DNA of 24,000 bases. It comes from an uncultured Solirubrobacteraceae bacterium (GTDB lineage: Bacteria; Actinomycetota; Thermoleophilia; Solirubrobacterales; Solirubrobacteraceae). The position numbers and the translations under genes were made by a program. The stretch covers positions 446,771-470,770 of the forward strand of contig CAVSQM010000004.1 of the NCBI GenBank assembly GCA_963730115.1, read 5' to 3'. The notes beneath the pieces were generated by a model. It made no database searches, had not been told where the DNA came from, and worked only from the letters and a program-made list of their open reading frames with translations. Positions 9,846 to 17,494 of the stretch are shown here, piece after piece. The first letter of the stretch is position 1, and every line of letters begins with the position of its first letter.

Positions 9846-11166
9846 GTGCCCGATCGGGTCCGCCGGTGGGCCCGGCTACGGTGCTCGGGATGCGCGTGCA
9901 TCGCCGTGTGGGCGGTCCTGTTCGCCGTCTACGCGGCCACGCTCGGGGTCGACGCGCTCGGCAGGAGCGACTTCGCGGGCGACGAGCCGCGCCATCTGCT
10001 GACGGCCGAGTCGATCGTCTCCGACTTCGACATCGACCTCGGCGACGAGTTCTCCACCCGCGCCTACGCCGAGTGGCACCCGGGCGCGCTGCAGCCGGAG
10101 GGGATGGTCGTGCTCGGGCGCCGGCTCGAGCCGCAGGGCTTCGGCTTCGCGCTCCTGATCGCCCCCGCGTACGCGCTCGGCGGAGCGTTCGGCGTCGAGC
10201 TCTTCCTCGCCGCGGTGGCGGCGCTCGCGTTCGCGCTCGGGGCGCTGGTGGCGCGGCGGATCGTGCCGGAGCCGTGGGCGAGCGGCGGCGCGCTGCTCGT
10301 CGGGCTCTCGCCGCCGGCGCTCGCGAACGCCACCAGCGTCTACCCGGACCTGCTGGCCGGGGCGATGCTCGCCGGCGCCATGCTGGCCGCGCTGCGGGTG
10401 CGCGAGCGGCCGGACCTCTCCAGCGCGGTGGTGGGCGCGACGCTGCTCGCGCTGCTGCCGTGGCTGGGCCCGAAGTTCCTGCTCCCGGCGGCGCCGGTGG
10501 CGGTCGCGCTGGTGCGCTGGACGGCGCGCCGCGGGCGCCGCACGGCGGCCCTGGCGGCCGCCGAGATCATGGTCGCCTCGCTGATCGTCTGCGCGACGAT
10601 CAACGACCGCCTGTACGGCGGGCTCGTGCCCTCGGCGGTCGCGGCCTCGGGCGAGTCACCGACCGGCGCGGACTCGGCCGCCGACTACCTCGAGCGCGCG
10701 CCGCGCCTCGCCGCGCTGTGGATCGACCGCGACGTCGGCCTGCTCCGCTGGGCGCCCGTGCTCGCGCTCGCCGTGTTCGCGGTCTGGCTGCTGTGGCACT
10801 CGCGGCACACGCACGTCGCCCGTGTGGCGGCCGAGCGCGGCGACGCCGAGGTCGCGGCCGGGCTGGCGCTGCTCGTGTGCGCCGCCGTCGTGCTCGTGGC
10901 CGCGTTCGCCGCGCCGACGCTGACCGGCGACTGGTTCCCCGCGCGGCACCTGATGGCGGCGTTCCCGATCGCCTCGGCGCTCGTGGCCTGGGGTCTGCGG
11001 CACGCGCCGCGCACCGGCGCGGTGCTCGGCGCCCTGACGCTGCTGTGCTCGGCGTGGCTGGTGATCGCGCTGGCGCTCGGCGACGCCGACGGGTGGGTGC
11101 GCGCCGGGCGTGGACGCGCCCTACGGGCCGGCGGTCGAGCTGCTGCCGCGGTTCGGGCGTCCGTGA
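9846..11166 (+). pseudogene. Polytopic membrane protein, GT-C-type (ArnT/PMT-like) glycosyltransferase candidate; one apparent +1 insertion near the 3' end
   Basis: From ORF 9741-11246 (start GTG 9846 or TTG 9834). It has more than 10 hydrophobic segments and an early loop with FAGDEPRHLLTAESI (a D-E containing first loop, as in GT-C enzymes). Removing one G from GGG 11106-11108 gives the natural-looking end ..GWVRAGVDAPYGPAVELLPRFGRP and stop TGA 11164-11166. The family call rests on architecture only. Confidence 0.45.
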
Positions 11167-11170
11167 GCGA

Positions 11171-11316
11171 ACGTCAACTGCGGCTGGGTAGGGAGCGGGT
11201 TCGAGGCTGCCGCGGAGCCCACGAGTGTCGTCTCGACCACCCATGAGGTGGTCGAGGTGACATTCGTGCCCGCTCGCAGCGGTTCGGACCGACCCCTACC
11301 CCGCCGCTGTTGACGT
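11171..11316. repeat. Imperfect-palindromic intergenic repeat, copy A (~146 nt, termini ACGTCAAC...GTTGACGT)
   Basis: It shares long identical blocks with 19098-19241: ACGTCAACTGCG, CTGGGTAG, CGGGTTCGA, GGAGCCCACGAGTGTC, TCGAGGTGACATTCGT, CCCTACCC, GTTGACGT. The arms are self-complementary, with an apical stem CTCGACCACC/GGTGGTCGAG around the loop CATGA. It fills the gap between two convergent stop codons (11166 and 11319) almost exactly. Confidence 0.8.
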
Positions 11317-11318
11317 TG

Positions 11319-12318
11319 CTACCGAGCGGCCTCGGCCTGCTGATCCGGCCGCGCCGCCTCGCCGGCCTCGACCGCGCCCCGCGCGAGGATCGCGGAGGCG
11401 GCGCTCGCCGGGTCCAGGCGCCGCGCCACGACCTCGTCGAGCAGCTCCTGGACCTCGGGGTCCTCGCGCAGGGAAGCCTCCAGTGCGCGCCGTAGCCGCA
11501 CGGTGGCGAGCCCGAGCACCTCGTTCATGAGGTTGCGGCGGCGGCGCTCGGCCAGCAGCCCCTCGGACTCGACGTACTCGCGGTGCTGGGCGAGCTTCTC
11601 GGCCAGCGCCTCGACGCCCTCGCCGCGGTGCGCCTCGGTCTTGACGATCGGGACCGGCCAGTCGCCCTGCGGCGCGAGCGACAGCACGCCCTTGATCTCG
11701 CGCACCATCGTGTCCGTCAGCGGGTGGTCGGACTTGTTGACCACGATCACGTCGGGGATCTCCATCACGCCCGCCTTGAGCGCCTGGATCGAGTCGCCGG
11801 AGCCGGGGATCAGCACGAGCACGACCGAGTCGGCGTGGTCGATGACGTCGACCTCGGCCTGGCCGACGCCGACCGTCTCGAGGAAGACGTCGTCCTTGCC
11901 CGCCGCGTCCATCAGCAGCGCCGCCTGCAGCGCGGCCTCGGCCAGGCCCGCCGAGCGCGCCGCGGGTCGCCATCGAGCGGATGAAGACGCCGGGGTCGAG
12001 GAAGTGCTCGGAGAGCCGGATCCGGTCGCCGAGCAGCGCGCCGCCGCGGAACGGCGAGGACGGGTCGATGGAGAGCACCGCCACCTGGCGGTCGGCCTCG
12101 CGCCGGTGCTTCACCAGCGCGCCGATCAGGGTCGACTTGCCGGCGCCGGGCGGGCCGGTGAAGCCGACGATCGCCGCCTTGCCGGTGTGCGGGTAGATCT
12201 CGCGGACGAGCGCCCAGCCCTCCGGGTCGTCGTCCTCGACCAGCGAGATGCCGCGCGCCAGTGCGCGCTTGTCGCCGTTGAGCAGGCGCTCTGCGAGGGA
12301 GGGCTTTTCATCGGCCAT
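11319..12318 (-). pseudogene. meaB: Methylmalonyl-CoA mutase-associated GTPase MeaB/ArgK (G3E family), one apparent +1 insertion
   Basis: From ATG 12318 the translation is MADEKPSLAERLLNGDKRALARGISLVED...GFTGPPGAGKSTLIGAL (P-loop)...LSIDPSSPFRGGALLGDRIR...FIRSMATRGALGG. The frame then shifts (CCC 11947-11949 on the + strand) to LAEAALQAALLMDAAGKDDVFLETVGVGQAEVDV...VVNKSDH (ORF 11319-11912). Total length is 3n+1. Confidence 0.85.
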
Positions 12319-12332
12319 CGGGCGGCGAACAA

Positions 12333-12338
12333 TACGAT
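12333..12338 (+). promoter_or_regulatory. -10-like hexamer TACGAT 8 nt upstream of the acetyltransferase ATG (leaderless-type arrangement)
   Basis: It lies in the only AT-rich patch (AACAATACGAT) of the 28-bp gap between divergent starts 12318(-) and 12347(+). There is no Shine-Dalgarno sequence. Confidence 0.3.
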
Positions 12339-12346
12339 CCGCCGCG

Positions 12347-13015
12347 ATGGACACCCTGCTGGAACAGGTCCGGCGCGCCGAGGTCCGCGGCGCTCCGCCG
12401 CCGCTCCACGGCGGCCCGCTGGCGCTGCTGCGCTTCATGCGCGCCAACGGGCTGCTGACGTTCGGCTACGCCCGCCTGATCGTCCGCTGGGCGTGGCTGA
12501 AGCTGCGCTGGCGCGGCCGGCTGGAGACCGACGGGCTGTGCTTCGTCGGCCCCGGCGTGATCTTCGAGATCGGCAAGGGCGCGAAGGTCCGTCTCGGCCG
12601 CTGGTGCTGGATCGGGCACGGCTCGAAGATCCGCGCCCACGAGGGCGAGGTCGAGATCGGGGCGAAGACCGTGATGGGCCAGGAGTGCACGATCTCCGCC
12701 TTCCAGCACGTCAGCGTGGGGCGCGAGTGCATCGTCGCCGACCGCGTGATGCTGATCGACTTCGACCACGGAGTCGTGGAAGTCGAGCGGCCCATACGGC
12801 TGCAGGGCATCTACAAGCGCGACGTCCGTGTCGGCCACAACTGCTGGATCGGCTACGGCGCATGCATCCTCCGCGGCGCCACCGTCGGCGACAACTCCGT
12901 GATCGGCACGAGCTCGGTCGTCACCAAGGACCTCCCCGCCAACTCGGTCAGCGCCGGCCAGCCCGCCCGCATCCTGCGGATGCGGGACGAGCCGGCAACG
13001 CTCCACTGGGGTTGA
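12347..13015 (+). CDS. Hexapeptide-repeat (left-handed beta-helix) acyl/acetyltransferase
   Basis: ORF 12248-13015 trimmed to ATG 12347 (MDTLLEQV...). It has repeated [LIV]-G-x4 hexapeptide units: VRLGRWCWIGHGSKIRAHEGEVEIGAKTVMGQECTISA...VRVGHNCWIGYGACILRGATVGDNSVIGTSSVVTKDLP. Confidence 0.75.
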   Translation: MDTLLEQVRRAEVRGAPPPLHGGPLALLRFMRANGLLTFGYARLIVRWAWLKLRWRGRLETDGLCFVGPGVIFEIGKGAKVRLGRWCWIGHGSKIRAHEGEVEIGAKTVMGQECTISAFQHVSVGRECIVADRVMLIDFDHGVVEVERPIRLQGIYKRDVRVGHNCWIGYGACILRGATVGDNSVIGTSSVVTKDLPANSVSAGQPARILRMRDEPATLHWG

Positions 13016-13023
13016 GCTCCGCC

Positions 13024-13053
13024 GCGGGTTTCGCCCTCAGGGCGAATACCCGC
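13024..13053. terminator. GC-rich hairpin between convergent genes (13-bp stem with 1-nt bulge, loop TCA)
   Basis: GCGGGTTTCGCCC-TCA-GGGCGAATACCCGC. It lies 9 nt after the acetyltransferase stop and 28 nt after the rpf-like stop on the other strand. There is no U-tract, which is common in high-GC actinobacteria. Confidence 0.5.
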
Positions 13054-13055
13054 AA

Positions 13056-13085
13056 GGTAACCCGGCCCCCAGGGCCAGCGTTACC
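13056..13085. terminator. Second hairpin (GGTAAC..GGCCC-CCA-GGGCC..GTTACC) overlapping the rpf-like stop codon
   Basis: Outer stem GGTAAC/GTTACC and inner stem GGCCC/GGGCC, read directly from the sequence. Confidence 0.35.
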
Positions 13086-13731
13086 CGCAGACCGGCCAAG
13101 GGCTCGACCCGCGCTGCGCGTAGAGCTTGGCCGCCATCGCGTCCTGGACCGACTCGGCCGCGGCGGCCGGGTCACCCTTGCCGCCGAGGTCGCGCCAGGT
13201 CGCGCGGGAGAACTGGTACTTGCCGCGGTACTGCCCGGTCGAGGAGACCGCGGTCGGGTCGCCCCCGGACTCGCAGCGGGCGATCCGGGCGAGCGTGCCG
13301 GAGCCGCCCGAGCCGCTCGAGGTGGAGGTCCCGCCGGTCGACTGCGTCTTCACCGAGCCGGCGGCGATGCCGAGGCTCGAGAGCGTGGCCGGGCCGGCGA
13401 TGCCGTCGACCGCGAGGCCCTGGTTGCGCTGGTAGTTGCGGATCGCCCGGCGCGTGACCGGGCCGATGATGCCGTCGGCGGGGACGCCGAGCGCGGTCTG
13501 CAGCGCCACCACGCCCGAGGCGCTGGTGCTGCGCTTGCTGGTGGCCGGGCCGTCTTGCGCGACCGCGCCGCCGGCGACGAGGGTCATGGCCGCGAGCAGC
13601 GCGGCGCCGCCGCCGCGGCCGGCGCGCCGGCGGCGTGCCTGCCGCGCGGCGTCGGCTCTCCGGCGCCGCGAGGCGCTGAGCGACGCGAGCCACGGGCTCG
13701 GGTTCGCAGGATCGATGAAGGGCACTGCCAC
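13081..13731 (-). CDS. Resuscitation-promoting-factor-like secreted muralytic protein (signal/TM, PG_binding_1 domain, Ser/Gly linker, Rpf transglycosylase-like domain)
   Basis: 216-aa ORF. It has an Arg-rich N-terminus plus hydrophobic AALLAAMTLVAGGAVA. The PG-binding repeat is VVALQTALGVPADGIIGPVTRRAIRNYQRNQGLAVDGIAGPATL. The C-terminal segment is IARCESGGDPTAVSSTGQYRGKYQFSRATWRDLGG...SPWPVCG (Rpf domain with catalytic Glu in CES). The alternative start GTG 13725 has better spacing from the AGGAGG. Confidence 0.8.
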   Translation of the reverse strand: MAVPFIDPANPSPWLASLSASRRRRADAARQARRRRAGRGGGAALLAAMTLVAGGAVAQDGPATSKRSTSASGVVALQTALGVPADGIIGPVTRRAIRNYQRNQGLAVDGIAGPATLSSLGIAAGSVKTQSTGGTSTSSGSGGSGTLARIARCESGGDPTAVSSTGQYRGKYQFSRATWRDLGGKGDPAAAAESVQDAMAAKLYAQRGSSPWPVCG

Positions 13732-13741
13732 CTCCTGGGTC

Positions 13742-13880
13742 TTGGTGCCTGCGGGGTTAGCTGTCGGGCTCGCGCTAAGACCTGCGCTACGCCGGGCTCT
13801 AACCGGCGATTCGCCCCGGGCGCCGAAGCGCCAGTGGGTCCCCCGCTCCCCGCCGCTCGTCGGGCGGAGACTCGGCCGTG
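13742..13880 (-). promoter_or_regulatory. ydaO/yuaA-type cyclic-di-AMP riboswitch in the 5' UTR of the rpf-like gene
   Basis: The minus-strand transcript contains the class-defining blocks GAGCGGGGGACCCA (13848-13835), GGGGCGAAUC (13817-13808) and CCCGACAGCUAACCCCGCAGGC (13768-13747). Intervening GC hairpins (GGCGCUUCGGCGCC; GCCGG..CCGGC) are present, followed by AGGAGG and the start codon. The boundaries are approximate. Confidence 0.85.
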
Positions 13881-13900
13881 TTCAGTTCAAGAAGGCGAGC

Positions 13901-13906
13901 ACTATA
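13901..13906 (-). promoter_or_regulatory. Candidate -10 box TATAGT for the riboswitch/rpf transcript
   Basis: An AT-rich island (CAGTTATGTGCCTATAGTGCTCGCC on the minus strand) lies ~20 nt upstream of the riboswitch start. No convincing -35 was seen. Confidence 0.35.
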
Positions 13907-13949
13907 GGCACATAACTGCGCCGAATGCGGCGAGATTGTGCCAACATGG

Positions 13950-15327
13950 CTAAGCCTGAAGTCGAGGGTTAGCCAGGTCGAGAGATGGTGCAAGGTTGCG
14001 CAGACGGGGAGCGATACCGGCCGGATCGGCGAGCGCCCGCGCGAGTTCGGCGGCGTGCCCGTCGGCCCGCTCGTGCGAGTACGAACCCGCGGTCGCGTGG
14101 GTCACTCCGAACGCCCAGTCGGAGGCCTGCAGCGCCAGCAGCTCGCGCAGCGCACGCGGGCTCGGATGATCGCCTTCGGCCAGCACCCGCAGCTCCGCCT
14201 CGCGCGCCTGCCACGCCAGCGGAGCGGCCGGCGGCGCGCTCCAGGTGGCGAGGGTTCGCGGGTCGCCCCAGCTCGTGGCCGGCAGCTCCGCCGGCGCCGG
14301 CCACCGGCTCGGTCTCCGCGAGCGCGGCGTCGAGCGGCACGAGCTCCACGCCCGCCTCCTCGCACGCCGCGATGACCGCGGCGAGCCAGCCGACGCCCTC
14401 GTGCCAGAAGTGCCCGAGCAGCTCGGTGTCGAGCGCGCAGACGGCGAGCCCTCCGCCCTCGAGCCGGCGCGCCGCGGCGGCGGCGAAGTCGCGCGCGTGC
14501 GCCTGCACCTGCGCGGCCGCGCGCGCGGGGTCGTAGGCCGCGCCGTCGACCGCCCACGGTGTGTGGCGGTACTCGGTGTGGCGGCGCGTGTTGCGGTACG
14601 CCCCCGCCGACGGGTAGCCGCTCGGGTGCCACACGAGGTCGATCAGCGCGCGGTCGATCGGGACCAGCAGCGGGCCGGCGTCGCTGCGCAGGGGCTGGAG
14701 CTGCGCAGGATCGCCGTGGCCCAGCACGTCGGTGAGGTCGACGCACGTCGCGTGGACGCCCGCTTCCTCGAGCAGCGGGTCCAGCCACGGCGCGTGTCCG
14801 CACTCCGGCAGCCACAGCCCGCCGCCCCAGTGGCCGAAGCGCTCGCGGTGCGCCGCGATCCCCACTCCCAGCTGGAGCCGCACGCCGGCCGCGGTGGCGA
14901 GCAGCGGCAGCACCGCGTGGGTGGCGGCCGATGTCCAGGCGGCGTGCGGCGCGAAGGCGGCCACCAGGTCGCCGCCGCGCGCGTCGAAGCGCGCGGCGGC
15001 CGCGGCGTAGAGCGCGGCGGAGCGCTCGAGCTCGCGGGCCACCCCGGGGTCGTCCGCCGCCGCGACGTCGCGGCGATGGGTCTCGGGCCGGAGCTCGCGC
15101 ATGAAGGTCAGGAAGCGCTCGGGCACGCCCTCCGCCTCGAGCTGGTCGCACAGGACCGGAGTCAGCGACAGCGTCACGCGGCCGGGATGCGCGTCGAGCA
15201 CGTCGAGCAGCGGCAGGTAGGAGGTGGCCATCGCCTCCCACAGCCACTCCTCGCCGAACGGCCACGTCCCGAAGCCCTCCACGTAGGGCATGTGGGTGTG
15301 GAGGACGATGCTGAGGCGGCCGCTCAC
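13950..15327 (-). pseudogene. GH57-family alpha-glucan enzyme (DUF1957-type 1,4-alpha-glucan branching enzyme-like), one apparent +1 insertion
   Basis: From GTG 15327 the translation is VSGRLSIVLHTHMPYVEGFGTWPFGEEWLWEAMATSYLPLLDVL... up to ..ETEPVAGAG (ORF 13969-16116). The frame changes at CC 14288-14289 to ELPATSWGDPRTLATWSAPPAAPLAWQAREAELRVLAEGDHPSPRALRELLALQASDWAF... (ORF 13950-14186). Total length is 3n+1. The GTG overlaps the methyltransferase stop (GTGA). Confidence 0.85.
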
Positions 15328-16088
15328 GGCCGCAGCACGGCGAGGAAGTCGAGCGCGCGGTCGAGGTCGCCGGAGCGCAGCGCGAAGTCGCGCTCGGAGA
15401 TGGCCGGCGTGAAGCGGTCGTAGAACGGCTTGGTGATCCGCAGCCGGGCGTGGACCGAGTCCCAGCCGGCGTGCTCGATGGCCAGCTCGTGGGTGCGCAG
15501 CTTGCGCGCGTGGAACAGGCCGAGCAGCTCGACCGAGCCGAAGTGCCGCTCGCACAGCGCGCGGTACTCCTCGGCGCGGTACTCGCGGACGTGCCACGGG
15601 TTGCCGGAGCGCTCCTCGCCCTTCGGCGCCAGCGTGAGCACGTTGGGGGTCGAGACGTAGGCGACACCGTCGCGGCCGATCAGCTCGCGGATGCGAGCGA
15701 GCACGGCGTCGGGGTCCTGGACGTGCTCGATCGTCTGCAGGAACACGACGCAGTCGACGTCGCCCTCCCACAGCTCGAGCATGTTGCGCTCGAAGCTCAG
15801 CCTCGGCCCCGAGTACTTGAGGCGGGCGTGCTCGAACGCCTCCGGGTTGGCGTCGACCCCGACCACCGAGACGGCGTTCGCGGCCAGCACGGCCGAGCCG
15901 TATCCCTCCCCGCAGGCGAGGTCGACCACCCGCCGGCCGCCGATCCGCGAGGCGATCCAGCGGTACACGACGAGGTGCCGGCGGTACCAGTAGTTCTCCT
16001 CCGGCACGTCGGGGAGCGTGCGCTCGCCGGTCAGCTGGAGGGGCGGGACGCCGGGCGGCTGGTCGCGCTGGAGGTAGAGCTCGGGCAC
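15324..16088 (-). CDS. Class I SAM-dependent methyltransferase
   Basis: This is the C-terminal 254 aa of ORF 15324-17378, starting at GTG 16088. It has motif I VVDLACGEGYG, then VVGVDANPEAFEHA and VVFLQTIEHVQDP. Confidence 0.8.
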   Translation of the reverse strand: MPELYLQRDQPPGVPPLQLTGERTLPDVPEENYWYRRHLVVYRWIASRIGGRRVVDLACGEGYGSAVLAANAVSVVGVDANPEAFEHARLKYSGPRLSFERNMLELWEGDVDCVVFLQTIEHVQDPDAVLARIRELIGRDGVAYVSTPNVLTLAPKGEERSGNPWHVREYRAEEYRALCERHFGSVELLGLFHARKLRTHELAIEHAGWDSVHARLRITKPFYDRFTPAISERDFALRSGDLDRALDFLAVLRP

Positions 16089-16102
16089 GGCGGGCGCGGA
16101 CC

Positions 16103-17455
16103 TTAGCGGTCCGCACCCATCGCGCCGTAGAGCTCCATCGCGCGCCGCCGCTCCTCCTGGTGGTCGACGACCGGCTCCGGGTAGTCCTCGCCGATCGTGC
16201 ACCCCGCCGCGGCTTGCTCGTCGGCGCTCATCGTCCACGGCTCGGCGAGCTTCTCGAGCGGGACGTCGCGCAGCTCCGGCAGCCAGCGGCGGACGTACTC
16301 GCCGTCGGGGTCGTGGCGGCGCTGCTGGGTCATCGGGTTGTACATGCGGCGGAAGTAGGGCGCGGGGTCGACGCCGACCGACGCGATCCACTGCCAGTTG
16401 CCGTTGTTGGACGCCTCGTCGCCGCACAGCAGGTGGCGCATGAAGTGCGCCTCGCCGGCCCGCCAGTCGAGGTGCAGGTCCTTGGTCAGGAACGCGCCGG
16501 TGATCAGGCGCGCGCGGTTGTGCATCCAGCCGCAGTGGAGGAGCTGGCGCATCGCGGCGTCGACCACCGGGTAGCCGGTGCGGCCCTCGCGCCAGGCGTC
16601 GAGCAGCTCCTCGTCCTCGTCCCACTCGGGCTCGCGCTTGTGGGCCTCGCGCGTGTTGCCGGGGTTGTTGAGGAGGACATGGGCGTAGAAGTCGCGCCAC
16701 GCGAGCTGGCGGACGAAGGCGCGGCCGCCGCGCTCGAGCGCGCGCTCCTCGAGCTCGCGGGCGGAGATGCAGCCGAAGTGCAGGTACGGCGACAGCTGCG
16801 ACGTCCCGCCCGCGAGCCGGTCGTGGCGCTCCTCGTAGTGCTCGAGGTCGCCGGCGAGCCAGGCGGTCGCGCGCTCCCGGGCGGCCCGCTCCCCGGGCGG
16901 GAAGGGGCCGGCCGCCTCCGGCCGGGGAGAGGCCGGGAGGCGACCGACGGTGAGCCCGCTCGGGACGTTCAGCGCGCGGGGGGCGCCGTGGACCTCGCGG
17001 CGATCGAGCTGCTCCCAGGCGCGGTGGAACGGGCTGAAGACCGAATACGGCTTGACGTCGCCCACGTCGGCCACGAACAGGCCCGGGGTGCGGTGCACCT
17101 CGAGGTCGAGCGCCTCCTCCACCCGGCGGTCGCGGGCGGTGGCGAACGGCGACACGTCGGCGGCGAAGTAGAGCGCGGTGGCGCCGACTTCGCGGGCGAG
17201 TTCGGGGAGCTCCTTCTCGGGTCTGCCCTCGCGGATGACGAGCTCGCCGCCGCGCTCGCGCAGCGCGTCGCGCAGCTCGGCGAGGCAGCCGTGGAGGAAC
17301 CACGCGCGGTTGGGGGACGGGAAGCGCCCTTCGAGCAGCCGCGGGTCGAGCACGAAGACGGGCACCACGCGATCGCACTCGCGGTGGGCGGCGGTCAGGG
17401 CCGGGTTGTCGTGCACGCGGAGGTCGCGCCGGAACCAGACGAGGGCGGTGCTCAC
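16103..17455 (-). CDS. phr: Deoxyribodipyrimidine (CPD) photolyase, class I
   Basis: This is the 450-aa C-terminal part of ORF 16103-18376, starting at GTG 17455. It begins VSTALVWFRRDLRVHDNPAL and contains TSQLSPYLHFGCIS, WRDFYAHV, TGYPVVDAAMRQLLHCGWMHNRARLITGAFLTKDL, DEASNNGNWQWIASVGVDPAPYFRRMYNP. Confidence 0.9.
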   Translation of the reverse strand: MSTALVWFRRDLRVHDNPALTAAHRECDRVVPVFVLDPRLLEGRFPSPNRAWFLHGCLAELRDALRERGGELVIREGRPEKELPELAREVGATALYFAADVSPFATARDRRVEEALDLEVHRTPGLFVADVGDVKPYSVFSPFHRAWEQLDRREVHGAPRALNVPSGLTVGRLPASPRPEAAGPFPPGERAARERATAWLAGDLEHYEERHDRLAGGTSQLSPYLHFGCISARELEERALERGGRAFVRQLAWRDFYAHVLLNNPGNTREAHKREPEWDEDEELLDAWREGRTGYPVVDAAMRQLLHCGWMHNRARLITGAFLTKDLHLDWRAGEAHFMRHLLCGDEASNNGNWQWIASVGVDPAPYFRRMYNPMTQQRRHDPDGEYVRRWLPELRDVPLEKLAEPWTMSADEQAAAGCTIGEDYPEPVVDHQEERRRAMELYGAMGADR

Positions 17456-17482
17456 CCCTGGGGTACGGGCGAGCGGCGGACG

Positions 17483-17488
17483 TAGACT
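17483..17488 (+). promoter_or_regulatory. -10 hexamer TAGACT exactly 6 nt upstream of GTG 17495 (leaderless-mRNA arrangement)
   Basis: It matches the TANNNT pattern. Spacing puts the predicted transcription start on the start codon, and there is no Shine-Dalgarno sequence. Confidence 0.4.
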
Positions 17489-17494
17489 CAATCT

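Noticed and set aside
11167-11320. Interpreting the palindromic repeats simply as ordinary intrinsic terminators
   Set aside because: The hairpins are ~145 nt long with conserved non-stem blocks and conserved termini shared between two unrelated loci. This is far more than a terminator needs. A terminator function is possible but does not explain the sequence conservation, so the element is kept as a repeat-family finding instead.
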